Source: Bacilli bacterium (GTDB lineage: Bacteria > Bacillota_I > Bacilli_A > RF39 > UBA660). Taken from it: a stretch of DNA of 51,962 nt. A program made the translations under genes and the position numbers. Shown here piece by piece: positions 1 through 9,782 of this stretch (positions within the stretch are counted from its first letter, which is position 1; each line of letters opens with the position of its first letter). The notes below the pieces were generated by a model, which did not search any database, was not told where the DNA came from, and saw only the letters and a program-made list of their open reading frames with translations. Location: NCBI GenBank assembly GCA_045535005.1, contig JAZSKU010000113.1, positions 1-51,962 on the forward strand, read 5' to 3'.

Positions 1-1076
1 AAATAGTATTTTTTCTTTCTTTCGAATTCTTCTTCTACTAATACAAATTTAGGTATATCTTCTTTAATTCTTTCTATGAATTTATTAGAGTCATTTGTAA
101 ATGCATTAATATTTATAATTACATAATCATCTATTATATTAATACCATGTCCCATATTAGTAATTATATTTTCTCTTTTATATTGTTCATATAATTTAGA
201 TGTTGGTGAAATATTATTAGACATAATTATACTTAAATAATCTTTTAAAACTACATCTTGTTTTATACCAAACATTTTCTTATTTAACTTAATTGCTAAT
301 TTAACTTTTTCATCTTGAATATCTTTTTTAATTTCTTCATATGAAATATATACTGTTTCTTTTTCTTTTGTTTTTACTCTTTTTGGTAATGTTTTAGGTT
401 TAAGTTTTAAATTAGACATATATTTTTTTATTTCTTCTAACATTTCATCTTTATCAAAGTTACCACATAAAGTAATAAATGTATTATTAGAAATATAGAA
501 ATCTTTATATATTTTATTTAGTGAAGCAGATGTTATTTTATCTATATCACTATGTTTACCAAGCACGCTATCTTTTACATATGATGTATGAAATAAGTTA
601 TCAAATAATCTATCATACATATATCTATCTATTTGATCTTTATACATATCTATTTCTTCATGAATTATACCTTTTTCTTCATTAACACATTTTTCATTTA
701 TATTTGTATTATAGAATATATCTAATAAAAGTTTTAGGTTTTCTATAGGGTTTATACTTCCAAAAAGATTATAGTTTGTTCCATAATAACTTGTCCATGC
801 GTTAGCTAAGCTTCCTAATTCATTTATTCTTTTTGAAATACTTTCATTCTCTGATAAAGCCATTACTTTATGTTCTAAAAAGTGAGCACTTCCTGGGATA
901 ATATCAAATGTTTTATCATCAATTTTATATTTATTTATTCTTGCTCCATATTTAACAGAGATAGTTAAGTAAAAATTCTTTGTTTTATCTGTTGGATACA
1001 TATATACTTCTATACCATTATCTAGTTTTTCTATATATATACTTTCATCTACTCTTTCAAAAGTTTTCTTTATCAT
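1..1076 (-). CDS. M16 (pitrilysin/insulinase) family zinc peptidase, catalytic-type. The N-terminal ~358 aa are in the window and the C-terminus runs off the left edge.
   Basis: Manual translation from the ATG at 1076 gives MIKKTFERVDESIYIEKLDNGIEVYMYPTDKTKNFYLTISVKYGARINKYKIDDKTFDIIPGSAHFLEHKVMALSE..., which contains the inverted zincin motif HxxEH (HFLEH). The start overlaps the stop of the upstream paralog (ATGA). The frame is still open at position 1, which explains its absence from the ORF track. Confidence 0.7.
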   Translation of the reverse strand, partial: MIKKTFERVDESIYIEKLDNGIEVYMYPTDKTKNFYLTISVKYGARINKYKIDDKTFDIIPGSAHFLEHKVMALSENESISKRINELGSLANAWTSYYGTNYNLFGSINPIENLKLLLDIFYNTNINEKCVNEEKGIIHEEIDMYKDQIDRYMYDRLFDNLFHTSYVKDSVLGKHSDIDKITSASLNKIYKDFYISNNTFITLCGNFDKDEMLEEIKKYMSNLKLKPKTLPKRVKTKEKETVYISYEEIKKDIQDEKVKLAIKLNKKMFGIKQDVVLKDYLSIIMSNNISPTSKLYEQYKRENIITNMGHGINIIDDYVIININAFTNDSNKFIERIKEDIPKFVLVEEEFERKKKYY

Positions 1077-2332
1077 TCGTTATCCCCCTTTAATAAATAT
1101 ATTGTACTTAGAGATATTTTCTTATTTAATTCTATTACTTCTTCTATAGTAACTTCATTTATTTTTTCTCTTTGATATTCTATATCTTCAATAGTTTCAA
1201 ATTCACTAAACCAATAATGATTTATTTGAGAAGTTACATCATCATAATAATTATTTAGATAAGTATTTATTGTTTTTTTAGCTGAATCAAATAATCTTTC
1301 TATAGTTTTTTTATCACTCATTAATGATACACATTCTTTTATTAAAGATACTGTTTTATCATAATTAGTTTTATTTATTCCCGCATATATAGTAAGTGAT
1401 GGAGTATATTTAGTTGTATAAGAACCTATTGAATAACAAAGTGAATTAGCTTCTCTTACTATATTAAATAATATAGAATCATTCATTGTACCTAATATTG
1501 TATTATAAACTCTAAGCACATGATTTTTTTCATGAGGAGTTAAATCATTTAATTTATATCCCATATATAGTTTAGATTGATTAAATGGCATAGATTCTAT
1601 TTTTTCTATAACTTCATCTTTAGTTTTTAGTGTTAGACTTATTGGTTCGTTATATTTATTACCTTTTAATGATTTAAATCTTTCATTTATTTTAGATACT
1701 ATATTATCATCTATTTCACCTATTACTGTTATATCTATTTTATATTCTTCTGTGAATATTTTTTTATAGAATTCATAAAGATTTTGTGGTGTTACACTTT
1801 CTATATCTTTTATTTCAGGAGTTGGACCATATTCTGATGGTGTACCTTTATACATTATTTTAGAATATTGTTTTGATGCGTATGCTCCTGGATTATCTTT
1901 CATAGCTTTTAAGCTTGTTATTGAGTCTTTTTGTATAATATTAAAGTATTCTTCTTTAAAACCATTATTCTCTATATTAGGGTTAAAAAGTGTCTCACAG
2001 AAGAAGTCTAGTGTTAGATATAAATATTTATCTTCTGTATATTTAGGATTTAGAAAATCAAGTGAGAATGTAAAATTTTCTAGTTTACCTGATACTCCAA
2101 AACCTGCGGATACTCTAGCTCCATATAAGTCTTCTCCTATAGAAGCCATTTTACTTTTAGTATTATATTTTTTAGATGTATAAACCATGTTTTGTGTTAA
2201 AAGAGATGACAAAGCAACTTCTTTTCTATTATATTCTCTTGATAAGAATATAACTATATTCATAGTTTTAAATCTATCAGTATTTATTAGATGAAGTGTA
2301 TATCCTTCATTATTCATTTTTCTATATTCCAT
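1073..2332 (-). CDS. M16 family peptidase-like protein, non-catalytic partner (no HxxEH motif)
   Basis: 419-aa ORF with an AGGAGG RBS. Length and layout are M16-like. It is translationally coupled to the HxxEH-bearing paralog downstream, as in YmfF/YmfH-like pairs. Confidence 0.55.
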   Translation of the reverse strand: MEYRKMNNEGYTLHLINTDRFKTMNIVIFLSREYNRKEVALSSLLTQNMVYTSKKYNTKSKMASIGEDLYGARVSAGFGVSGKLENFTFSLDFLNPKYTEDKYLYLTLDFFCETLFNPNIENNGFKEEYFNIIQKDSITSLKAMKDNPGAYASKQYSKIMYKGTPSEYGPTPEIKDIESVTPQNLYEFYKKIFTEEYKIDITVIGEIDDNIVSKINERFKSLKGNKYNEPISLTLKTKDEVIEKIESMPFNQSKLYMGYKLNDLTPHEKNHVLRVYNTILGTMNDSILFNIVREANSLCYSIGSYTTKYTPSLTIYAGINKTNYDKTVSLIKECVSLMSDKKTIERLFDSAKKTINTYLNNYYDDVTSQINHYWFSEFETIEDIEYQREKINEVTIEEVIELNKKISLSTIYLLKGDNE

Positions 2333-2365
2333 AAATACCCTCCTTTGTCAAATGTATTATAACAT

Positions 2366-2406
2366 ATTATAAAAGAAGAAGATTATAAATTGTATCTTCT
2401 TCTTTA
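2366..2406 (-). terminator. Intrinsic terminator after deoD
   Basis: Minus strand reads AAGAAGAAGAT-loop-ATCTTCTTCTT followed by TTTTAT. Confidence 0.6.
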
Positions 2407-2419
2407 TTATTTACAAAAA

Positions 2420-3124
2420 TTATTTTTTTATTATAGATTCTAAAGCCAATAAAATCATTTCATCAAGTTTTCTTTCTCTTGCTTCAGAGTCTATTTCTAC
2501 ATGTGTAATTAAATTATCACTTATAGTTAATATAGCAGTTGCATTTTTAAGGAATTTCTTAGCTGTGAATAATAATGCATATGTTTCCATTTCTACTGCT
2601 AAGCATCCTTTTTCTATAAATTTAGAATAATCTTTATTTTCTGTATAGAATGCTTCTGTAGTATGTACTCTTCCTTGTTTAACTGTTATTTGTTTTTTAG
2701 CTGCTGTATTCATTATTATTCCATTTAAATCAGTTGATGAATTAATAATTTCTACATCTTCTCCTCTTGCTTCTTCATCAAATGATGTTGTTGAATATGC
2801 AGAAGATGCTACTAAAATATCAAATACTTCTAAGTCTTCTGTATAAGCCCCTGCTGTACCTATTCTAATTATGTTTTCTACTCCATAATCATTAAATAAT
2901 TCATATGCATAAATACCCATAGAACCCATTCCCATTCCACTTGAGAATATTGTTACTGGTACTCCTTTATAATTTCCTGTAAATGCTAGTTCTCCTCTTA
3001 CTTGATTAACTAATTTAACATCTTCTAAATATTTATCAGCGATGTATTTAGCTCTATTTGGATCTCCTGGCATAAGCACTCTTGGTGCGATTTCTCCATG
3101 TTTTGCTTCAATATGTACTGTCAT
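2420..3124 (-). CDS. deoD: Purine nucleoside phosphorylase, DeoD type
   Basis: 234 aa. N-terminus MTVHIEAKHGEIAPRVLMPGDPNRAKYIA..., then SSGMGMGSMGIY and a VEMET segment typical of hexameric PNP. Confidence 0.85.
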   Translation of the reverse strand: MTVHIEAKHGEIAPRVLMPGDPNRAKYIADKYLEDVKLVNQVRGELAFTGNYKGVPVTIFSSGMGMGSMGIYAYELFNDYGVENIIRIGTAGAYTEDLEVFDILVASSAYSTTSFDEEARGEDVEIINSSTDLNGIIMNTAAKKQITVKQGRVHTTEAFYTENKDYSKFIEKGCLAVEMETYALLFTAKKFLKNATAILTISDNLITHVEIDSEARERKLDEMILLALESIIKK

Positions 3125-3133
3125 AATTCCTCC

Positions 3134-3652
3134 TTAATTACTATAATCAGTATTATAATTTTTTATACTATTTTTAACTAAATCTTCAGTTACTTTATAA
3201 CTTAAGAATTGATTTGAACAAACATTTACTTTTCCATCATAACCTTTACAAATATCTGTATTGTAATATGGGTTAAAATATGGGAATGTTATTTTCATAG
3301 TTCTTCTTGAATTTTTAGTAGGGACTTCTTTATCAATAGCGTATACTATTTCTTCTCCCTCTTCTATATCATAGATAGTTACTTCATTTTTGTTGTTACC
3401 GACATATTTATTTTCTCCATCTGTAATATATAAGTCACTTACTACATTTGAAAATACTAATGTATAAGTTTTTGATGTTTTGTTGTATGATTTAGAAAAT
3501 TTTATATCATAGATATTATTATCTTCTTTTATAGTTTCATCGTTTGGTTTTTCTTCTTCAGGTTTAGTAAATATTGCGATTAAAACGCAAGCGATTATTG
3601 CTACTAAGATAACTGATACTACAACAATTATTTTATTTCTTTTACTTTCCAT
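3134..3652 (-). CDS. Hypothetical membrane-anchored protein
   Basis: 172-aa ORF with an N-terminal TM helix (IIVVVSVILVAIIACVLIAIF). No recognisable motif. Confidence 0.5.
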   Translation of the reverse strand: MESKRNKIIVVVSVILVAIIACVLIAIFTKPEEEKPNDETIKEDNNIYDIKFSKSYNKTSKTYTLVFSNVVSDLYITDGENKYVGNNKNEVTIYDIEEGEEIVYAIDKEVPTKNSRRTMKITFPYFNPYYNTDICKGYDGKVNVCSNQFLSYKVTEDLVKNSIKNYNTDYSN

Positions 3653-3654
3653 AA

Positions 3655-5898
3655 TTACTCCTTAGGTTCTTCTAATTTAACTAATACATCTCTTGGTTTA
3701 CTTCCCTTTGCTGGACCTACGATACCTTTTTCTTCAAACATATCCATAATTCTAGCTGCTCTATTGTAACCAATACTATATTTTCTTTGGATTAAAGATG
3801 CACTTATTTGTCCCATACGAATTGCATAATTTAATACTTCATCATATAGTACATCTTTTTGTCCTTCTCCACCTGGCAGACTTCCTCCACCTGAAGAAGA
3901 TGATGCTTCTAAATTAGTGAACTTTTCATCATATTTTGGAGCATGTGTTCTTTTCTTAACGAAATCAACAACTCTTTTAATTTCATCATCTGATACGAAG
4001 CTTCCTTGAACTCTTGTAGGATTATTATCATCCATTGGTTTATATAACATATCACCTTTACCAAGTAGTTTTTCTGCTCCTGTCATATCTAGGATTGTTC
4101 TTGAGTCAATTGATGATGATACTGCGAATGAAACTCTTGTTGGAATATTTGCTTTAATAACACCAGTAATTACATCTGCTGATGGTCTTTGTGTTGCAAC
4201 AATTAAGTGAATACCTGCAGCTCTTGCAAGTTGAGTAATTCTCATGATTGATTCTTCTACTTCTTTTGCTGCTACTAACATAAGATCAGCAAGTTCATCT
4301 ATAACTACTAATATATAAGGCATTTTCTTAAGACCACAGTTTGGATCTTTAGATAATTTCTTTTCAACATAATCATTATATGTTCCGATACTTTTTGTAC
4401 CACTATTTTTATATATTTCGTATCTATTATCCATTTCAACTACTATTTTTTGTAGTGCAGCAGATGCTTTTTTAGGATCTGTTACTACTGGCATAAGTAA
4501 ATGTGGGATATCTTCATATACATTAAATTCTACTTTTTTAGGGTCTACAAGTACCATTTTTACTTCTTCTGGACTTGTACGCATTAATATAGAAACAATA
4601 ATATTATTTATACATACACTCTTACCACTACCAGTAGCACCCGCTACTAACATGTGTGGTGTTTTATTTATTTCTACATATTTAACTTTACCCATTATAT
4701 CTCTACCAAGTGGTGCTAGCAATTTTGAGTCATCTAATTTACTTGGTATTGCTTCCATTATTTCTCTCATTGAAACAGCCATAATACTTTGATTAGGTAT
4801 TTCTACACCAACTGTATTTTTACCAGGAATTGGTGCTTCAATTCTAACTTCTTTTGCTGCTAGCGCAAGAGCTATTTCACGGTTAATACTAAGTACTTTA
4901 TTTACTTTAGTACCACGTTCTAAATCCATTTCATATTGTGTAACAGCAGGACCTACATGTACTTCTATTACTTTAGCTTTCATACCGAAGTCTTGGAATA
5001 CTCTTTCTAAGATTTTAGTATTATTTGCTATAAATTCAGTTGAATTAACTTTTCCTTTATTTTTAATTGGATCTAATAAACTAACTGGAGGTTTTATATA
5101 TACTTCGTTTTCATAACTATCTTCAACAACCTCTGGTACTTTAGTTTCTATATTACCAACTGATGCATCTTTAAGATTTAATCTATCAGCATCTTCAACA
5201 CTTGTAATAACAATTTTATTATCTACTTCTTTTTCTTCACCAACTAATTCATTAACATTAATTGATTCTTCTTCATCAGAAGGTTCTCTAGTAAATAGTT
5301 TCTTTATTGGAGAAATTATTGCTTTTAATAAATCTACTAAAGTTATATCAAATAACATAATAAGTCCAAATACTGAAATAATTGCGATTACTACTTTAGT
5401 TCCTTCTACTGCGAATAGAGATACTAATGCCCAAGAAGAAGTTGCTCCTATTAATCCACCACCAGTATTTCTTATTTTACTAGCATCTAATTCATATTTA
5501 TTATCTGGATTTCCTGTTTCTTGATATGCTTCACTTATATTATCAAATGTTGTATTAAATATAGCGCTTCCACTAAGTGAATTATCTTCTATATAATTTA
5601 TATGTGAGAATAATAATATTACTGCGATAAGACAATATATACCTATTAATCTTGCTGAAAAATATTGTGGGTTATTTCTTTTAGCAATACTATAAACTCC
5701 CATACATAATAAGAACATTAATAATAGACTCCACCATGAACCAAATAAGAAGATAGCAAACTTTTTAACTAAGCTTCCAACTAGTCCAAATGATCCAAGT
5801 CCTGTAATAGACAAAAGAACAAGAAGCAAACCTTGCAATTCTCGTCCATATTTAAATCCTTGTTTATTTTCTTTCTTTTGTGTTTTCTTTTTTGCCAT
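3655..5898 (-). CDS. ftsK: DNA translocase FtsK/SpoIIIE
   Basis: 747 aa. N-terminal TM helices, Walker A GATGSGKS, VVIDELADLM Walker B region, and a C-terminal gamma wHTH (LIQRKYSIGYNRAARIMD). Confidence 0.9.
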   Translation of the reverse strand: MAKKKTQKKENKQGFKYGRELQGLLLVLLSITGLGSFGLVGSLVKKFAIFLFGSWWSLLLMFLLCMGVYSIAKRNNPQYFSARLIGIYCLIAVILLFSHINYIEDNSLSGSAIFNTTFDNISEAYQETGNPDNKYELDASKIRNTGGGLIGATSSWALVSLFAVEGTKVVIAIISVFGLIMLFDITLVDLLKAIISPIKKLFTREPSDEEESINVNELVGEEKEVDNKIVITSVEDADRLNLKDASVGNIETKVPEVVEDSYENEVYIKPPVSLLDPIKNKGKVNSTEFIANNTKILERVFQDFGMKAKVIEVHVGPAVTQYEMDLERGTKVNKVLSINREIALALAAKEVRIEAPIPGKNTVGVEIPNQSIMAVSMREIMEAIPSKLDDSKLLAPLGRDIMGKVKYVEINKTPHMLVAGATGSGKSVCINNIIVSILMRTSPEEVKMVLVDPKKVEFNVYEDIPHLLMPVVTDPKKASAALQKIVVEMDNRYEIYKNSGTKSIGTYNDYVEKKLSKDPNCGLKKMPYILVVIDELADLMLVAAKEVEESIMRITQLARAAGIHLIVATQRPSADVITGVIKANIPTRVSFAVSSSIDSRTILDMTGAEKLLGKGDMLYKPMDDNNPTRVQGSFVSDDEIKRVVDFVKKRTHAPKYDEKFTNLEASSSSGGGSLPGGEGQKDVLYDEVLNYAIRMGQISASLIQRKYSIGYNRAARIMDMFEEKGIVGPAKGSKPRDVLVKLEEPKE

Positions 5899-5905
5899 AA
5901 GTCAC

Positions 5906-7618
5906 CTAACTTTCCATCTTGTTTAGAAGTTTTTTATGTATTCCAGGTTCTACAATATTTAATGCATTAAGTATAATTTCTAATGATTCTTTGTATTCAC
6001 CTTTTCTAAATGCTTTTTCTGATGCATTTAACCCCTTTTCAACTTCTTCATTACTTGATCTATACTTATTTCCATATACTATTGCCATTTCAGCCATAGC
6101 AGCGGTTTTAGTAGTTGTTGTTGCAGTTTGATATAACTTAAGTGCTAAGTCTCTTGCTGTATCAACTCTTAAATTTAACGTTTTAATAGAAATAGGTTTC
6201 TTTTCTAATTCTATTGTAATTTCTTTAATCGCATCATGTGATTCTTTAAGTTCAACATAAAAGTTTTTTGGTATTACTGGAAGATTATAATCTTTAATTT
6301 TATATTTAGAACTATTAATAATATTTTTAATTTCAAATAATTGATCTCTAGCTCTAGCTTCATCTTCTTTTAGACTACCTAAATTCTTAAGTGTTGTTTC
6401 TAATTTATCTTCTACTTTAGATAAATTAACAGCTACCATTTCACATTCATTACTTAGTTTTGAATATGGCATAACTTTAGATAAAGTTCTATCATTAATA
6501 AGTTTAAAACTATCTTTAACACTTATTAATTCTTTATTTATTTCATCTATAACCATTATTTCATCATCAGATAAATCATATGTATCTTTTATATTAGCTA
6601 TTTCAGCATATAAATTTCTTATGATGGAAGTAACTTTACTTAGTCTTTCACTAATATTTATGATACCTCTTTCATAATCTTTTTTACCTCTTTTTTCATT
6701 ATCAAAATCTGTATATATAGATTCATAATAATCAAGTAGTGTTTTTAAATCAAATATAGAATCTTGTAAATTAAGTACATTTAATTTATCCATGATTTCA
6801 CTAATTTTTTTATTAGTTTCTTCTATATTATAATCTAAGTTTAAGTATTCAAGATTATACCCTTCTCTTGTCATTTTAGTACATACTGTTTGTATGTCTT
6901 TCATTTTCTTTGGAAGTATCATTGTAGACATAAGTACTATTGTTGGAGCTTCTTCAATAACAATACTTATATTATTTATCATATCATCTAATACTTTAAC
7001 TATTTTACCAAGTTCTTCATATTCATGATTTTGTATTGATACTTCAAAAGCACTAAATAGTTTATCTATATTTTCGAATTGTAATTCTATTCTTGATGAT
7101 ACTTCATTATAATCATTTTTATTTTTATTATATTTAAATACTACTTCTCTATATAAACTCTTTAGTTTAGTTATAGCTTCTCTATTTCTATCTTCACTTT
7201 CAGTTAGATCTTTTATTTCTCCTAAAAGTTGAACTGATTTAGCTTTAACATGTAATATTTTCTTTTCTACTTCTATTATTTTGTTTTCACATTCTTTATA
7301 TTCTTTTGCTAAACATGAATTTTCTATTTCTATAATACTATCTGTTATTTTAGGTAAATCTTCTTTTTCTAATGCTTCAAAACGTTTTCTCCATGAGATT
7401 ATATCTTCTTCTATTTTTTTATTGTTTGCTAATTTACTTGCTTTAGCAAGTTCAGATATTAATACTGATGATATTATTAGATTCTTTTCTGTAGTTAATC
7501 TATCTATAGTAGCTAATATATTCTTTTTCTTTCTTGATTTCATGATTAAAACAACCACAAGTAATAGGATTACAAATAATACAAAACATCCTATGATTAT
7601 TAGCGTTACTTTATTCAT
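5906..7618 (-). CDS. ezrA: Septation ring formation regulator EzrA
   Basis: 570 aa. Single N-terminal TM helix followed by long coiled-coil repeats. Size and architecture match EzrA. Confidence 0.75.
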   Translation of the reverse strand: MNKVTLIIIGCFVLFVILLLVVVLIMKSRKKKNILATIDRLTTEKNLIISSVLISELAKASKLANNKKIEEDIISWRKRFEALEKEDLPKITDSIIEIENSCLAKEYKECENKIIEVEKKILHVKAKSVQLLGEIKDLTESEDRNREAITKLKSLYREVVFKYNKNKNDYNEVSSRIELQFENIDKLFSAFEVSIQNHEYEELGKIVKVLDDMINNISIVIEEAPTIVLMSTMILPKKMKDIQTVCTKMTREGYNLEYLNLDYNIEETNKKISEIMDKLNVLNLQDSIFDLKTLLDYYESIYTDFDNEKRGKKDYERGIINISERLSKVTSIIRNLYAEIANIKDTYDLSDDEIMVIDEINKELISVKDSFKLINDRTLSKVMPYSKLSNECEMVAVNLSKVEDKLETTLKNLGSLKEDEARARDQLFEIKNIINSSKYKIKDYNLPVIPKNFYVELKESHDAIKEITIELEKKPISIKTLNLRVDTARDLALKLYQTATTTTKTAAMAEMAIVYGNKYRSSNEEVEKGLNASEKAFRKGEYKESLEIILNALNIVEPGIHKKLLNKMES

Positions 7619-7679
7619 ATAATATCCTCCTTATACATTTTATCATATTTAATATTTTTTTTGTAGTAGTTTTTATTAA

Positions 7680-7722
7680 AAGAAAAAGAAAAGAAAGTAA
7701 GTTTACACCTTACTTTCTTTGG
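7680..7722 (-). terminator. Intrinsic terminator overlapping the stop of the 238-aa ORF
   Basis: Minus strand reads AGAAAGTAAGgtgtaaaCTTACTTTCT followed by TTTCTTTTTCTTTT. Confidence 0.6.
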
Positions 7723-8426
7723 AATAATCTCATAAATGGTTTTTTCTTACTTTCACAATGTTTTGTTTCTACTGCGAATGATAAATATTTACCATCTTCA
7801 CTATATCTTTTTACTATTTCTACTTCATCATCTATTCTTGGAAACAATAGTGCTGTTTCATATTGTTCTAGTGTTAATTCATATATTAGATCAAATAATT
7901 CACTTTCTATTTCATTACCTTTTAAATCATAGAATATTAATTTGTTTCTTTGAAGAGATAATGTACCTACTAAAGATCCATCGCATACAGGTGCTACACA
8001 TGGGTTTGGTATATCTGGATATACTACTTTAGATACTCCTTTTCTATAACTTAACATTTCTTGATATTGACTTAATAAGTATGCTCTTCTTCTTTGAGAT
8101 TTAAATCTTGATATAAGCGCTTCTGCTTTTAAGTTTTCTTTTGATGAATCTTGTTTTTTCATTTCATCATCCATTATTTTTCTAAGACGTTTAATAGCTA
8201 ATTCTAATTCAGAATTTGATTTATTATATAACGAATTAAATGATGGTATATTTACTTCTTCAATATACTTTTTACCTTCTTCTGAAGTTATCTTTACATA
8301 TGTATCAGGGTTGCCACTTCCCATAACACTATCAAAGATTCTCATTGGGAAATTACCATCATTATATAGTAAAAACTCTAAATCACCTTTTTGAATATAA
8401 TGTTCTCCATTAGTTATTATTTTCAT
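7710..8426 (-). CDS. Hypothetical protein
   Basis: 238-aa ORF with a GGAGG RBS. No motif I recognise. Confidence 0.5.
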   Translation of the reverse strand: MKIITNGEHYIQKGDLEFLLYNDGNFPMRIFDSVMGSGNPDTYVKITSEEGKKYIEEVNIPSFNSLYNKSNSELELAIKRLRKIMDDEMKKQDSSKENLKAEALISRFKSQRRRAYLLSQYQEMLSYRKGVSKVVYPDIPNPCVAPVCDGSLVGTLSLQRNKLIFYDLKGNEIESELFDLIYELTLEQYETALLFPRIDDEVEIVKRYSEDGKYLSFAVETKHCESKKKPFMRLFQRK

Positions 8427-8444
8427 ACAAAACCTCCATTAATT

Positions 8445-8753
8445 TTATTTTTCACTTTCTAAATATATTCTTTTAGAGAAACTTCCTCTTTTTAATACTT
8501 TAGCATTTCTTAATGAATCAAATTCTTCATAAGAAACTCCTTTTAAAGCTAATATTGCTCTTAATACTTCTTCTACATCAGCAAGTTCTTCTACTTCTCC
8601 ACTTTCAAGATACTCATTCACTTCTTCTAATATTTTTCTATTTAATTCTTGTAAATATTCTTCTTCTGTTAATATTCTAGTTACTGGTGTTACTCCTTTA
8701 GACTCCATAATTTCTGGAATATTATCTCTTACTAGTTTATTGTATACTTTCAC
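8445..8753 (-). CDS. MazG-like all-alpha nucleoside triphosphate pyrophosphohydrolase (house-cleaning type)
   Basis: 102 aa. YNKLVRDNIPEI N-terminus, EELADVEEVL acidic helix and KRGSF tail, as in small MazG/phosphoribosyl-ATP pyrophosphohydrolase-like proteins. Confidence 0.6.
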   Translation of the reverse strand: MKVYNKLVRDNIPEIMESKGVTPVTRILTEEEYLQELNRKILEEVNEYLESGEVEELADVEEVLRAILALKGVSYEEFDSLRNAKVLKRGSFSKRIYLESEK

Positions 8754-8795
8754 TTTTTCACCTACTTTTGTTTTAAAAAGATGGAATAATCCACC

Positions 8796-9293
8796 TTAAT
8801 ATAATTCATCAAAAACATTATATTTTTTAGTTTCATTATATTCTTCTTTAATTGCTTTTTGAATTTCTTCATCATATGAAGACATATAACCACTAAATGT
8901 TTGATCACCTATAATTAAATATGGAAGTCCGATTTCTTCTTCTTTAAAATGTTCTCCTACTTGTTGCATTAAATAATAATTTCTATCGTTATCCCATACT
9001 TCAAATGTATATAAATCATAGTATTTACCGTATTCATTTATACTTTTATTTAATCCAGCCACTAATTTTTTACAATGAGGACAACCATCTCCCCAGAATA
9101 AATATACATTTAATTTACCATCTTTTGGTTCTTTTATATCAGTTTCTGACATTCTAGTTAATACATGAGGTTCATATGTTTCAGGAGTATTTCCTCCACC
9201 ATTATTTTCATCATTATTTAATGAAAATACTACTACACATGCTATAACAAATAATACTATTCCTATTGTTATAATTATACCTTTATTTTTCAT
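8796..9293 (-). CDS. Membrane-anchored thioredoxin-fold protein (CxxC)
   Basis: 165 aa. N-terminal TM helix, then the WGDGCPHCKK redox motif. Confidence 0.65.
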   Translation of the reverse strand: MKNKGIIITIGIVLFVIACVVVFSLNNDENNGGGNTPETYEPHVLTRMSETDIKEPKDGKLNVYLFWGDGCPHCKKLVAGLNKSINEYGKYYDLYTFEVWDNDRNYYLMQQVGEHFKEEEIGLPYLIIGDQTFSGYMSSYDEEIQKAIKEEYNETKKYNVFDELY

Positions 9294-9328
9294 ATTTACC
9301 TCTCAATCATTTTTTTAATTACTATTCT

Positions 9329-9357
9329 AGTATAATACATATATTAATATAGTTCAA
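9329..9357 (-). promoter_or_regulatory. Sigma-A-type promoter for the thioredoxin-like / MazG-like / hypothetical gene string
   Basis: Minus strand reads TTGAAC, 17 nt spacer, TATACT, about 35 nt upstream of the RBS. Confidence 0.5.
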
Positions 9358-9362
9358 ATGAA

Positions 9363-9782
9363 TTATTCTATTTTTAATAAAATTTCACTGTCTATATCTA
9401 AAATATCATTTATATTTATTTTGGTTTTATCATATAAAAGTATGTATTCATGTGTTAAATCTATTTTTTTGATAATACCTTTTTTATTTATATATTTTCC
9501 ACCTAATTTTTTAGTATCTTCTACAAAATAAGTGAATGTTACTTCTATATTTTGATAATCTTGATTCATTATATAATTTATTTTATTATTTAATAATTCT
9601 TTTGATTCTTCTGTTAAAATTATTTTTTCTTCTGTAGTTCTTCCTGTTTCTTTTACTGCTTCATCATATCCAGTTAATGCAGCAAATGGAGCAAATTGTC
9701 CTGCTCTTGCATCCATGCTCATTTGAGGTCTTTTTTTAGATACATGATGTGGTAAATTTATTATATCACTATAATCTTTCAT
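9363..9782 (-). CDS. YolD-like protein (accessory protein of Y-family polymerases)
   Basis: 139 aa with RPQMSMDARAGQFAPFAALTGYDEA, the hallmark YolD segment. Its start overlaps the stop of the polymerase gene. Confidence 0.75.
   Translation of the reverse strand: MKDYSDIINLPHHVSKKRPQMSMDARAGQFAPFAALTGYDEAVKETGRTTEEKIILTEESKELLNNKINYIMNQDYQNIEVTFTYFVEDTKKLGGKYINKKGIIKKIDLTHEYILLYDKTKININDILDIDSEILLKIE

Noticed and set aside
5919-7622. Plus-strand ORFs 5919..6131 and 7281..7622, together with similar antisense ORFs in the track: 7736..8032, 10150..10499, 12079..12297, 13882..14103, 15429..15632, 15989..16237, 16976..17732, 20389..20949, 21544..21774, 23682..23927, 25896..26991, 29177..30358, 32033..32317, 32714..32959, 34967..35158, 43177..45087, 45254..45577 and 51421..51612.
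   Set aside because: Each lies entirely opposite a long, motif-supported gene. None has an RBS, and all have low-complexity Leu/Ser/Phe/Ile-rich translations typical of shadow frames in AT-rich DNA.
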